Shown: one piece after another, positions 20,820 to 30,596 of the stretch
Layout: every line of letters begins with the position of its first letter
How positions within the stretch are numbered: position 1 is the stretch's first letter
DNA from: a virus
Taxonomy: Duplodnaviria > Caudoviricetes
Strand: one strand, 5' to 3'
Length of the DNA stretch: 64,000 bases
IMG/VR virus record: IMGVR_UViG_3300013947_000021
Span: 157,228 to 221,227 of that record
Position numbers and translations under genes: made by a program
Notes under the pieces: generated by a model
Seen by the model: only the letters and a program-made list of their open reading frames with translations
Told to the model about the DNA's origin: nothing
Database searches by the model: none

Positions 20820-21270
20820 ACCCATTCGCGTCAATCTTATAAAGGAGCTGCATTAGATTATACTTCTCAAAGTTTTCCGATCCTTTTGGATACTTAAACA
20901 TTTCTTTTTTAGTTGCTTTTCGAGCATCTATAAAACCTTGTATAAGTTCATATATAGGATTAGGTTTATTAGTATGGCGATTAAACATAACACCAGCAGA
21001 TGTAAATATCGGTTCCCTATCTGCAAGATAATCTGTTAATCTAGTTAATGTAGTTTCTATTTTTGTTTTCTTATAATTATTCTCTATTGTAACTGCTTGA
21101 TCTTTAAAATGTTTTGTAATAGAATTATCTATTACTGCAGCTAATTCTACTTCGGTTAATAATGGAAAATTAAGATGAAGCATATTCATCATAATATTTT
21201 TATATTGCGTAATCATATCATTTTCTGGATATCTAGCTTCTCCAGTTCTAAGTTGATCTCTTAGTTTCAT
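20820..21270 (-). CDS. polB: Family B DNA polymerase catalytic subunit, exon 1
   Basis: SAGVMF, RKATKKEM and QLLYKIDANG fingers / motif B start; spliced product 703 aa. Confidence 0.9.
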
Positions 21271-21400
21271 GAAGATCTCTCCTTAATTTATTTCATTATT
21301 CATAAGTTTTTTAGACATTGATTTTCTATATCACTTACAAAGTAATAGTATCTAATCGATCAACATTTATATAATTTATGGCCTATTAAGGAGGATAATT

Positions 21401-21850
21401 ATGTTTTTAAACACAAGTAAAATGGAATATAAAGAAAGTGCAGTATTTGGTAAAGGCCATGCTGTACTTGAAGGTGCTCTTAAGAATCCTAATCAGTTTA
21501 GAGAAGCTGTTTTATATGAAGCTATTGCTAATCTGCCTGATGATAAGGTAGATGAATTTGTTAAGTCTGATGAAGCTAAGTATATGGTTGATAAGGGCTA
21601 TATAACTGATGAGACTATCGAAAGGCTTAAGACTAATACTGACGATAAGTGTATGAATATTACTGTTTGTCATATGGCAAAAGAAGCTGGAGATCCACTT
21701 TGGGATGAACTTGTTGAATGTCGTCTCCAGGAACGTAGGATAATGGATGCTCTTATTGAAAAATATAAGGTTAAGGCTGCTCCTATTGCAGATAATGTAG
21801 AAACTGATTTTATTGAAAATTGTATTCCTAAGTACTTCAGAAAGAAGTAA
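21401..21850 (+). CDS. Hypothetical late protein
   Basis: 149 aa, promoter 21362-21374, GGAGG RBS, terminator 21858-21881. Confidence 0.7.
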   Translation: MFLNTSKMEYKESAVFGKGHAVLEGALKNPNQFREAVLYEAIANLPDDKVDEFVKSDEAKYMVDKGYITDETIERLKTNTDDKCMNITVCHMAKEAGDPLWDELVECRLQERRIMDALIEKYKVKAAPIADNVETDFIENCIPKYFRKK

Positions 21851-21981
21851 AATATTATGAGATGAGCCATGCTCATCTCATTTTCTTTTTTGAGCATATA
21901 ATATAATTATGAAGTACAAAGGTACTTTATTATAGCCCTGAAAACTATTTAATAAACTTTTATATTGAAAGGAATACAATT

Positions 21982-24216
21982 ATGAATTTTGTAACCAACC
22001 AATCAACAGAGCAGCCTACTATCAATATTGAAAACCCTGAAAATTATTGGGTTTATCTTCCTATTCTTCGAGGTGAAAATATTAATCTCGAAATAGGAGC
22101 AATAAATAGAGATAACTGGCAGCATCATTATGATTCTATACTTAATATTTTAAGGGATGCAATTGAAACTGATGAAGTTCAACATGCATTTATTTCTATT
22201 AAATTTAATGATGGAATCACTCTTGATCTCTCGGTTATGGACTATTTACTCAATCTCATAATGTGGAGTATGCTTATAAAAACAGCAGTTCCGATTCAGT
22301 CTTATCATGTATTCTTTGATGAAGAGATTAAAAAGGATTCTATCAAAGATTATATTGATAAATTTCTTATTAATGAATCTCGAAAGAAATATAGCAATAA
22401 GGAGTTGAATAATATCATCGATGATGCTCTATATCATTTTCATGATATAGATGAATTCTCTTTATATTTATCCAATACTGTAAATCTTGAAGATAATGTA
22501 GAATTAATGAACAAGAATCCAGAATTCTATGAGTGTATGCATGCAGATCTTTCTCAGGTTCCTCTTGAAGATGTAAAGTCAGTTGGTATGTCTTATGCAA
22601 ATAAGGCTATTGATTTAATGAAGCATTCTAAACAGTATCTTGGTTATGATCATTGTCTTGCAGATGCTTGTAGAGCTGGCGAAGGCATTAACCCTAAACA
22701 GTTTAAAGAGTTTACTATAAATATAGGTACTAAGCCTGATGGACGTGGTGGAGTATTTGAAAAACCTATACTTCATTCTTTCATTAATGGTGGCGTAGAT
22801 AATCCTGTAGATTATTTTATCGAATCTTCTACAGGTAGAACAGCACAGATTATAAAATATAATAACGTTGGTTCTTCTGGACACTTTGCTAGGCTTTTAG
22901 GTCTTAATAATATGGATTCTCATCTTTGTCATGATTCTCATTATGATTGCGGTAGTACAAACTTTATACAGCTTACAATCAAAGATAAGAAAATGCTTAA
23001 GATGCTTGTAAATCGATATTATAGAACAAATCCTAATGGTATAGAAAATTGTATTAAGAGAACTGATACTCATCTTATTGGACAGACTATATATTTAAGA
23101 TCTCCTATTACTTGTGCATCTGCAGCAAGAGGACAAGGTATATGCTATAAGTGTTATGGCGATCTTGCTTATACTGTTTATGATGCAGATATAAATTTTG
23201 GAGTTAATATTGGACGAGTTGCATCTGAAACTCTTTCATCTAGTTTAACTCAGAAGCTTCTTTCTGCAAAACATCTTCTTGAAACATTTATTGAGAAGAT
23301 TACTTGGAACCCAGAATTCTATAAGTATTTTGAGCTCGAAGGTAATATAATCAGAACTAATGGTGATATTGAAGATTCTGATTTAAAGGATCTTAAAATC
23401 ATTATTAATCCTGATAATATTGCATTGGTAGATGAAGAAGATGATGATCTTTCTTATGATGACGATGATGAGAAAGGAACTCCACTTTATAATGAATACA
23501 TTACAGAGTTTGATGTATTAAATGAAGCTAATGGAGAAGTGTCTCATATTTGTAATGATAAGAATGCAAAACTTTATATATCTTCCGAATTCAATACTGA
23601 GATTCGTCGTAAAGCAGAAGCAATAGATACTAGTGTAGCAATATCATTTAATGATATTAAAGATATTACTTTATTCATTATGCCTATTGAAAATAATGAA
23701 TTAAGTAAGACTCTTGATTATCTTAATGATCTTCTTAATAAGAAGAGTACTATTGAGAAATTTAATATTCATGATCTTCTTCAGAATATTATAGGAGCAG
23801 TTATAGATGGTGGTCTTAATATAGCATCAACTCATCTTGAGGTTATATTGAGCAATCAGTGTAGAGATGCTTCTAATATATTGGAGAAAGCAAAGTGGTA
23901 TCTGCATAATCCTGATTATCAGATACTTACTCTTGATCAAGCATTAACTTCTAATCCTTCTGTAACAGTTTCACTCAGTTATCAGAAAGTAAAACGTATG
24001 CTGTATAATCCTCTTACATTTAAAAAGAATGGTTCATCATTTATGGATTTATTCTTTATGGAACAGCCTCAATATGCTATTAAAGGTATAGAAAAGGATG
24101 AGAATAAAGAACCTGAGCATAAACCTGGAGATGTAATTGAGCCTATGATATTCTTTGAGAATCCTAATGGAATTACTACAACAGACAGTGAAGATGATGA
24201 TAGTGATGAAGGTTAA
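21982..24216 (+). CDS. rpoC: RNA polymerase beta-prime C-terminal half (probably non-virion RNAP)
   Basis: Bridge helix SSGHFARLL, DCGS, RSPITC...ICYKCYG zinc site, trigger loop TQKLLSAKH, THLEVIL. Confidence 0.9.
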   Translation: MNFVTNQSTEQPTINIENPENYWVYLPILRGENINLEIGAINRDNWQHHYDSILNILRDAIETDEVQHAFISIKFNDGITLDLSVMDYLLNLIMWSMLIKTAVPIQSYHVFFDEEIKKDSIKDYIDKFLINESRKKYSNKELNNIIDDALYHFHDIDEFSLYLSNTVNLEDNVELMNKNPEFYECMHADLSQVPLEDVKSVGMSYANKAIDLMKHSKQYLGYDHCLADACRAGEGINPKQFKEFTINIGTKPDGRGGVFEKPILHSFINGGVDNPVDYFIESSTGRTAQIIKYNNVGSSGHFARLLGLNNMDSHLCHDSHYDCGSTNFIQLTIKDKKMLKMLVNRYYRTNPNGIENCIKRTDTHLIGQTIYLRSPITCASAARGQGICYKCYGDLAYTVYDADINFGVNIGRVASETLSSSLTQKLLSAKHLLETFIEKITWNPEFYKYFELEGNIIRTNGDIEDSDLKDLKIIINPDNIALVDEEDDDLSYDDDDEKGTPLYNEYITEFDVLNEANGEVSHICNDKNAKLYISSEFNTEIRRKAEAIDTSVAISFNDIKDITLFIMPIENNELSKTLDYLNDLLNKKSTIEKFNIHDLLQNIIGAVIDGGLNIASTHLEVILSNQCRDASNILEKAKWYLHNPDYQILTLDQALTSNPSVTVSLSYQKVKRMLYNPLTFKKNGSSFMDLFFMEQPQYAIKGIEKDENKEPEHKPGDVIEPMIFFENPNGITTTDSEDDDSDEG

Positions 24217-24368
24217 GTAATTTAAAAGGGTAGACCAATAATCTACCCTTTTATTTTTTTTGAAATATTAATAGTTTTTGCATATATATTATAAATATGA
24301 ATAGTATAGGTTGAATTAGATCCTAATAATTTAACCAAAATCAAATACTATTCAAAAGGAGAAAATAA

Positions 24369-25847
24369 ATGAAAAAGGACGTTTACGAAAGAGGAGAAAT
24401 CCTCGAAAACAACAATAATCAGCGAATACTGATTGTTGGCAGAAGCAAGTATGGATACTCTACACTTGCTATAACGAACTTCAACTCAAATCAGGATATT
24501 CCTGATTTGAAAACCGACTTTGGAGAAGTGCTTCTTGGAGGTATGTTCTTCAAAAACTCGACTATAAGTGAGTATTATAGTCTTGTAGGAAGGCTGAGTA
24601 AAATTGATTATCTTAGAATAATCGATATAAACTCTGACTTTCAGAAGGGCCTTATTAATCTTGATAATAATGTTCTTCGATACGATGATTGGACTGATAA
24701 TGCATCGGTTCAATCCAAATATAGGATGATTAAGACATATCAGAAACCTCTTACATCATCCGAAACCAAACAAGAAGTATATAATACTTCTAACAATGTT
24801 TCTTCTGAGGCAGAAGAATCTTACTCTAATGAAGAGAAGATTAAAAGTGAATCAGTAGAAACAAAAATAGATACTTCTATCAAAGTATCTACCAAAATCT
24901 CTAAGGCAAATGCATCAATCAAATTGATTGATAATCTGCCGAGAGATAATACATCTGTAAAGGTGTATTATAACGATGAGGAAACTCTTAATATTGCAGG
25001 TATGTCTGTAAGGGCAATTATGCAAAAATATGGAGTTAAAAATTTCACCGCTATGCAGATGCAAGTTAATGCAAAAGCATATTGCGGCATTAAGACAACA
25101 AGAGTCAGAAAGAATGATTTTGTATCATTCTTTAAAGCTGGCGGAGATATTGAAGATTGGTTAAATGCAAATAAAAATGCAGACCAATCTACAATATACA
25201 ATGCAAAGAAATCGTATAAGAATTTTATCAAGAAAGAATCTTCAATTAAAATAGAAGGTTCTTCAATTGAGAACGTTCTTGATAATCTTCCTTTGAAGGA
25301 TATTGCCGCTCTTTGCAGTTTAATATCAGATGAGGAAGAAACCAAAGTTAGAGAAATCTATAAGTCGCAGATTCCAGCGGCTATAGATTTCAAGACTAAA
25401 GATAATATGGATTTTATAAATCAATATTATCTTTCGAAGTCAATATACTATCAGGCAGGAATCGATCCTGTAGTAGCATTTGACTCTGTCGACACGATGA
25501 TTTCATATTATAACAATACGAAATCAAAACTCAACAATATCATTCAGGAATTAATTAAATTCTTGAGTGAATTATCTCCGTACTACATTAAGTACTGGAA
25601 TAGGCATATTGATATCTCCAATAAGGTATTAACAATACCAGAATTGGATGATACTCAAATGCATGCCCTCTGGTATTTAGTATCGTCGAGATATACCAAT
25701 AGAATGTCCTTTGAAGGTTCATCGAAGGAGAAAGAGCTTCTTACTTGTAGTGGTACTACAATAGAAGCTGTATTATACTTCGGTATAACTCCTGAAAAGT
25801 TTTCAAGGCGTAAAACTAGTTATGCCGCAAGATTCCTTAAGAGCTAA
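24369..25847 (+). CDS. Probable early protein with possible PemK/MazF-like N-terminal domain
   Basis: 492 aa; TATATTAT at 24285-24292, leader hairpin, terminator near 25852-25889; RGEI..RILIV..LAIT..VGRL pattern. Confidence 0.55.
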   Translation: MKKDVYERGEILENNNNQRILIVGRSKYGYSTLAITNFNSNQDIPDLKTDFGEVLLGGMFFKNSTISEYYSLVGRLSKIDYLRIIDINSDFQKGLINLDNNVLRYDDWTDNASVQSKYRMIKTYQKPLTSSETKQEVYNTSNNVSSEAEESYSNEEKIKSESVETKIDTSIKVSTKISKANASIKLIDNLPRDNTSVKVYYNDEETLNIAGMSVRAIMQKYGVKNFTAMQMQVNAKAYCGIKTTRVRKNDFVSFFKAGGDIEDWLNANKNADQSTIYNAKKSYKNFIKKESSIKIEGSSIENVLDNLPLKDIAALCSLISDEEETKVREIYKSQIPAAIDFKTKDNMDFINQYYLSKSIYYQAGIDPVVAFDSVDTMISYYNNTKSKLNNIIQELIKFLSELSPYYIKYWNRHIDISNKVLTIPELDDTQMHALWYLVSSRYTNRMSFEGSSKEKELLTCSGTTIEAVLYFGITPEKFSRRKTSYAARFLKS

Positions 25848-25959
25848 TTAAATAATTACCCATATGGATTAATTTCCATATGGGTAATTTCATTTTAGTC
25901 ACATTTTATTTTTTGCTTAACTTTTACTTAATTAATATAATACGGAGGTATAATTTTAT

Positions 25960-26775
25960 ATGAGTAGCTTTAATTCAAATTTTATGGCTTATAATATTGT
26001 AACTGAAAATGAACTTTCTCAGGTTTTATCTCAATATGATACTAATTATGTAATTGACGTGGTTGAAGATGCAATGAAGAGTAGATACAATGAGGTTCCG
26101 ATTGTATCTACTCGTCCTAATGTTGTATATGCATGGGAACAGAATTTCAGAGGTTATCAGGCTTATTATGGATCTGATTCTGCTGCTCAAATTGCTGAGG
26201 TAAGAACTGAAACTTATAATGAAATTATTTCTACAATTTGTAAAGAATTTAATCTTAATTTTACTATAGATGATACTATAGATCTTTATTCTGCAGCTTC
26301 ATATCTTTATGATTTTCTTGTATGTAAGTTTAGTGATAATATGGTTTCTTTCTTTGCTAATTATATCTGTAAAGAAAAGAATACTATATTTGATGCACTT
26401 AATATGAATGAGCTTAGAAAGAATAAAGATACTTCTACTATTTATAATAAAAAGATTTATAAAGATAATAAGCTTGCCATTATTAATGCAAATATAGATA
26501 TGGCTCTTAGCTATATTTCTTCTATCGATATTCCTTTCTATACTATAGTATATACTATTTTTGGTACTAATTCAGATGTAGCAAATTATATTCTTTCTAT
26601 CATATCTTCTGAAGATAATGATTTTTATCATAGAGCTTATACTGATCTTCTTAATACAGATATTAGAGCTGAGATTATTACTGCTATTAGAATTAAGATC
26701 AATGATATTGCTGTTTCTCATGAAATGATTAATAATATCGAAGATATTACTAGTAAGACATCAGATGATGAGTAA
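25960..26775 (+). CDS. Hypothetical late protein
   Basis: 271 aa, promoter 25919-25931, GGAGGT RBS. Confidence 0.7.
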   Translation: MSSFNSNFMAYNIVTENELSQVLSQYDTNYVIDVVEDAMKSRYNEVPIVSTRPNVVYAWEQNFRGYQAYYGSDSAAQIAEVRTETYNEIISTICKEFNLNFTIDDTIDLYSAASYLYDFLVCKFSDNMVSFFANYICKEKNTIFDALNMNELRKNKDTSTIYNKKIYKDNKLAIINANIDMALSYISSIDIPFYTIVYTIFGTNSDVANYILSIISSEDNDFYHRAYTDLLNTDIRAEIITAIRIKINDIAVSHEMINNIEDITSKTSDDE

Positions 26776-26807
26776 TTATTAAAATTTAATGAAAGGATAA
26801 TAAAGCA

Positions 26808-27251
26808 ATGAGCAATACTAAAAAATATGTAATAAATACTAAAAATATTTTTGGATTAGAAAAATTTTTGCATATTAGTAAAGATAAATTAGAAGTTCCA
26901 GATGATTATTATAGTGATAAAGATGCATGGGATATGATAAATGAAGCGGCACATTTTAGTAACGATCTTTGTACACTTAAATTATTATATCCTCATGCAA
27001 ATTATAAAGATATTCTTATTGCATCATTTCAGGCTAATCCCAAATTACTAGCTTATATTTTGAGCATGTTTAAAATTTGTAAATCTGAAGGAAATCCAAT
27101 TGATGCAGATACAATAAATAATTGGATGGCTGAAGCTACAGTAGTAGATGGATCAGCTAATAAAGAATTACTTGCTAATTCATCAATTATCGATAATAAG
27201 TTTCCTAGCAAATCTAATAAGTCATATATACAGAAGGAGATAACAAAATGA
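26808..27251 (+). CDS. Hypothetical protein (candidate sRNA target)
   Basis: 147 aa ORF, GAAAGGA RBS. Confidence 0.65.
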   Translation: MSNTKKYVINTKNIFGLEKFLHISKDKLEVPDDYYSDKDAWDMINEAAHFSNDLCTLKLLYPHANYKDILIASFQANPKLLAYILSMFKICKSEGNPIDADTINNWMAEATVVDGSANKELLANSSIIDNKFPSKSNKSYIQKEITK

Positions 27252-28276
27252 GTGAAGAAAATAAGACTATTCTTACAGATGAACAGCTTGATAAAGTATG
27301 TGAAACTGCAGCAGCTTGTAGAATTCCAGATAATGATATAGAATATAGACCTGAAGATAATAATATTGCAGAAGAAATAACTGATACAAATACTGATAAT
27401 ATAAATAATCTTGATTCTATGTATGATAGTGAGGATTTTATCAAGATTTTTGATGTAGTTAAGCATCTAGATGATCCTAATTATAAAGTATATAAGAATC
27501 TTCCTACATGTTTCCAGGATACTGTTAGAAATATTGCTACAGAACAGAATATTTCTATTGAGCATTGGGAAGATGTTGCAAGAGAATTTGCATCTAAATT
27601 TAAAGATTATGCAAATGCAGATGATGAATTTGATAAACTTCAGAAAGAATTATCCGAAGCTCTTAAAGTTCCTTCTGTAATGGATATTTATAATGAGCAT
27701 ACTGAAGAAGTTATGAATAAGAATATTCCTGAACTTATTGAGAAGCTTAAGGATAGTGATCCTGATAAGGCTGATCAGCTTGCTAAGGTAAAAGAAATGT
27801 ATACTAAAGCATTTGATTTTTCTATAGCAAGAGAAAAGTATGATAATAATAGTAGAATTAGAAAGGCTGTAAGAAGATATAATAATGACTTTAATTCAAA
27901 GATAGATTATTATAATTCTAGAGTTCTTCATACAGATTTTAAGATGCATAACGCTATGGATGCATATAATGCACTAGTTTCTACTCTTATAAATCATACT
28001 AATCATAATTATACTGAAGTAGATGCTAAGAAGTTTATGATCTATATTCTTGCATCTACTGAAGATCTTGATTTTACAAATATTGCAGATGAATCTTATG
28101 CATATTATCTTATAAAAAATATTGCAATGCTTAAATATCTTGGTGAAGGTTTGACTGATTTCTCCTCGCAACTTATTAGTAATATATGTGATAATATAGA
28201 ATATATTACTAATAAGGAGGATGAATCTAATGCATCTCTGCAGAACAAATCAAAGTCTGGGTGCTGTAGGAACTGA
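27248..28276 (+). CDS. Hypothetical acidic helical protein
   Basis: 342 aa, ATGA overlap with the previous gene, AAGGAG RBS. Confidence 0.7.
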   Translation: MSEENKTILTDEQLDKVCETAAACRIPDNDIEYRPEDNNIAEEITDTNTDNINNLDSMYDSEDFIKIFDVVKHLDDPNYKVYKNLPTCFQDTVRNIATEQNISIEHWEDVAREFASKFKDYANADDEFDKLQKELSEALKVPSVMDIYNEHTEEVMNKNIPELIEKLKDSDPDKADQLAKVKEMYTKAFDFSIAREKYDNNSRIRKAVRRYNNDFNSKIDYYNSRVLHTDFKMHNAMDAYNALVSTLINHTNHNYTEVDAKKFMIYILASTEDLDFTNIADESYAYYLIKNIAMLKYLGEGLTDFSSQLISNICDNIEYITNKEDESNASLQNKSKSGCCRN

Positions 28277-29546
28277 AGTTAAATTCAATGGTGTTCAGAC
28301 AGTAACTTCAGAACTTGGTGAATATCTCAAGATTTCTTTTTTTAATCCTAGTACTAATAAGACCAGTAGTATTAGTGTTTTTCCTGGTCTAGAATATATA
28401 ATTGCTTATTATGATATAGGAACTAATTCAACTCGACAGATTACTGGTTTGGTTACTAAGATATATAGTGATCAGATTAGGGTTAAAGTAGCTCCTACTG
28501 ATAATGATACTAAAATTACATGTAATAAAGATAATTGCTCTACTTGTAGCAATTATTCTGCTTGTCTTGAAGCTGGTAAATTTAGTAATAATACCACAAA
28601 TGATACTACATCATTAGCAGCTTGTAATTGTATATTCAATCCTCCAAATATAGATAAATATGATGAACCTAAAGTTATATTCGTTCCTGTACAGAATATT
28701 ATTGCAATAAATTATGTAAAAGGAAATTGTGAATGTAATAATGGTTCAAATAATAATACTAATACTGGAGAGGAGAATATTAGAGTTATGCTATTAGGTA
28801 TTACTGCAGATATAGTCAAAGCTATAGTAATTAGACTTGACTTTATTGAAGAAAATCTCGATGAGGCTCTTAAATATGTAGAACTTCATACTGGTGGTAT
28901 ATATGATCTTACCTATGTAACTAGAGATAATAGTTGCATGAATGGAGGAACTTGTGGATATACTACTTATCAGTCTAGAGTAAAGCTTATGGAAATACAG
29001 GAAATTGATGATGAAAGTTGTCCTTGTAATACTAAGGCAGGATATGTAAGGGAGCATGTAGGTTGTTATAATGCTGTCTATACTTCTTGTCATCATGATA
29101 AGGATGATTTTATGAAAGCTGATCCTGTAAGAAAGATTAGACTTATAGTAGATACTTCTGAAACATTTGAAGGTAGATATGAGTCTATTATGCTTGATTG
29201 TGTTAGAGATTGTACTGAAGTTGATGAAATGGGTAATCCTAAACCATTTATCGAATATGATGATATTTGTAAGTGCTGTCCTCATAAATGTGAAGGATGT
29301 AATCCTGAATCTTGTGGGCATCATGATACTCCTGGTCAGGGTGGCTCCTCAGATCCTACAGTTCCTGCACCTGGAGATTCTTCATCTTGTGGATGTGGTC
29401 CTACAAAGACTTATGAGTACAGTTATACTGATGCAGATAATTCATATAAAGCAAGTGTAACTGGTGAATCTGTTGTACTTACTATTAAGGGTGCTGATAC
29501 AAAGCTTACTCTTGATGAACTTATTAAGTATTATTTAGGATTATAA
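28230..29546 (+). CDS. Cys-rich protein with duplicated beta-rich domain
   Basis: Several Cys clusters; start at 28230 chosen from RBS spacing. Confidence 0.7.
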   Translation: MHLCRTNQSLGAVGTEVKFNGVQTVTSELGEYLKISFFNPSTNKTSSISVFPGLEYIIAYYDIGTNSTRQITGLVTKIYSDQIRVKVAPTDNDTKITCNKDNCSTCSNYSACLEAGKFSNNTTNDTTSLAACNCIFNPPNIDKYDEPKVIFVPVQNIIAINYVKGNCECNNGSNNNTNTGEENIRVMLLGITADIVKAIVIRLDFIEENLDEALKYVELHTGGIYDLTYVTRDNSCMNGGTCGYTTYQSRVKLMEIQEIDDESCPCNTKAGYVREHVGCYNAVYTSCHHDKDDFMKADPVRKIRLIVDTSETFEGRYESIMLDCVRDCTEVDEMGNPKPFIEYDDICKCCPHKCEGCNPESCGHHDTPGQGGSSDPTVPAPGDSSSCGCGPTKTYEYSYTDADNSYKASVTGESVVLTIKGADTKLTLDELIKYYLGL

Positions 29547-29625
29547 AATTATACCCTGTCCCTACAAGGACAGGGTTATTCTTTCGCATAACTATTTAAT
29601 AAATTATTAAAATGGAGGTGTAAAT

Positions 29626-30456
29626 ATGCCTATAATTTCTGCAGAAGTTATTGATAGTAAGAATTATAGAGTGACTGTAACATTAGGTCATGGTGCTCTT
29701 GAAAATCTTGTAATAACTCCAGATGGCTTATATTCTATATTTTATATAAGAAATGGTTGTAGTCTTAACTTTACTGGTAAAATTCCAAATATAGTTTGTA
29801 ATAGAGCTATACCCCAGAATAGTTATGTACTCTTTGATCATTCCGAAGATAATTCTAATAAGAAAGAGAGAATTCTTTTTTCGCAGATTCAGTATATCAA
29901 AGATATTACCCCAAATGATGCATATCGAATTGCACTCGATCATGGATTTGTTGGTACTGTTGAAGATTGGCTTGAGTCAATGCGTGGCGCGCCTGGAAAA
30001 GATAATTATGAAATAGCTGTTGAGTGTGGTTATACTGGTACAAGACAGCAGTGGATTGAAGAAACCCGCGGTATGCAGGGATTCTCTGCATATGATATTG
30101 CTGTTAAGAATGGTTTTGTTGGTACAGAGGAGCAGTGGCTTAATAGTCTTAAGGGTGCTTCTGCTTATCAGCTTGCTGTTAAGAATGGTTATACTGGTAC
30201 AGAAGAAGAGTGGCTTAATAGTCTTAACGGAGCCGATGGTAAATCTGCGTTTGAAATAGCTGTAACTAATGGATTTGAAGGGTCAGAAGAAGATTGGCTT
30301 AAATCTCTTAAGGGTAAGAGTTCATATGAGCTTGCAGTAGCTAATGGATTTACTGGATCTGAAAAAGAATGGCTTGAAGATATTGGTGATAATACTGAGC
30401 TCAGACAGCGTGTTGCTAATATTGAATCTGTCCTTAACTGGATTCCTACTATGTAA
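29626..30456 (+). CDS. Fibre-associated repeat protein (GxSAYxxAVxNGFxGTEEEWLxSL repeats)
   Basis: Six repeats of a motif seen in collagen-like phage fibre proteins; promoter 29590-29602. Confidence 0.7.
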   Translation: MPIISAEVIDSKNYRVTVTLGHGALENLVITPDGLYSIFYIRNGCSLNFTGKIPNIVCNRAIPQNSYVLFDHSEDNSNKKERILFSQIQYIKDITPNDAYRIALDHGFVGTVEDWLESMRGAPGKDNYEIAVECGYTGTRQQWIEETRGMQGFSAYDIAVKNGFVGTEEQWLNSLKGASAYQLAVKNGYTGTEEEWLNSLNGADGKSAFEIAVTNGFEGSEEDWLKSLKGKSSYELAVANGFTGSEKEWLEDIGDNTELRQRVANIESVLNWIPTM

Positions 30457-30596
30457 TTATAACTAACCCTTATGAAAAATCATAAGGGTTAAATTTTAAG
30501 AAAATTTTTAAACACCTACTATTTTTAATGAGAACTTATTAAGTAAAGAGTTTTATATTTTAAAATTCTAAATTTTATAATAGGAGGAATTTAACT

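Noticed and set aside
20770-21270. Polymerase pseudogene or frameshift
   Set aside because: Fully explained by the group I intron
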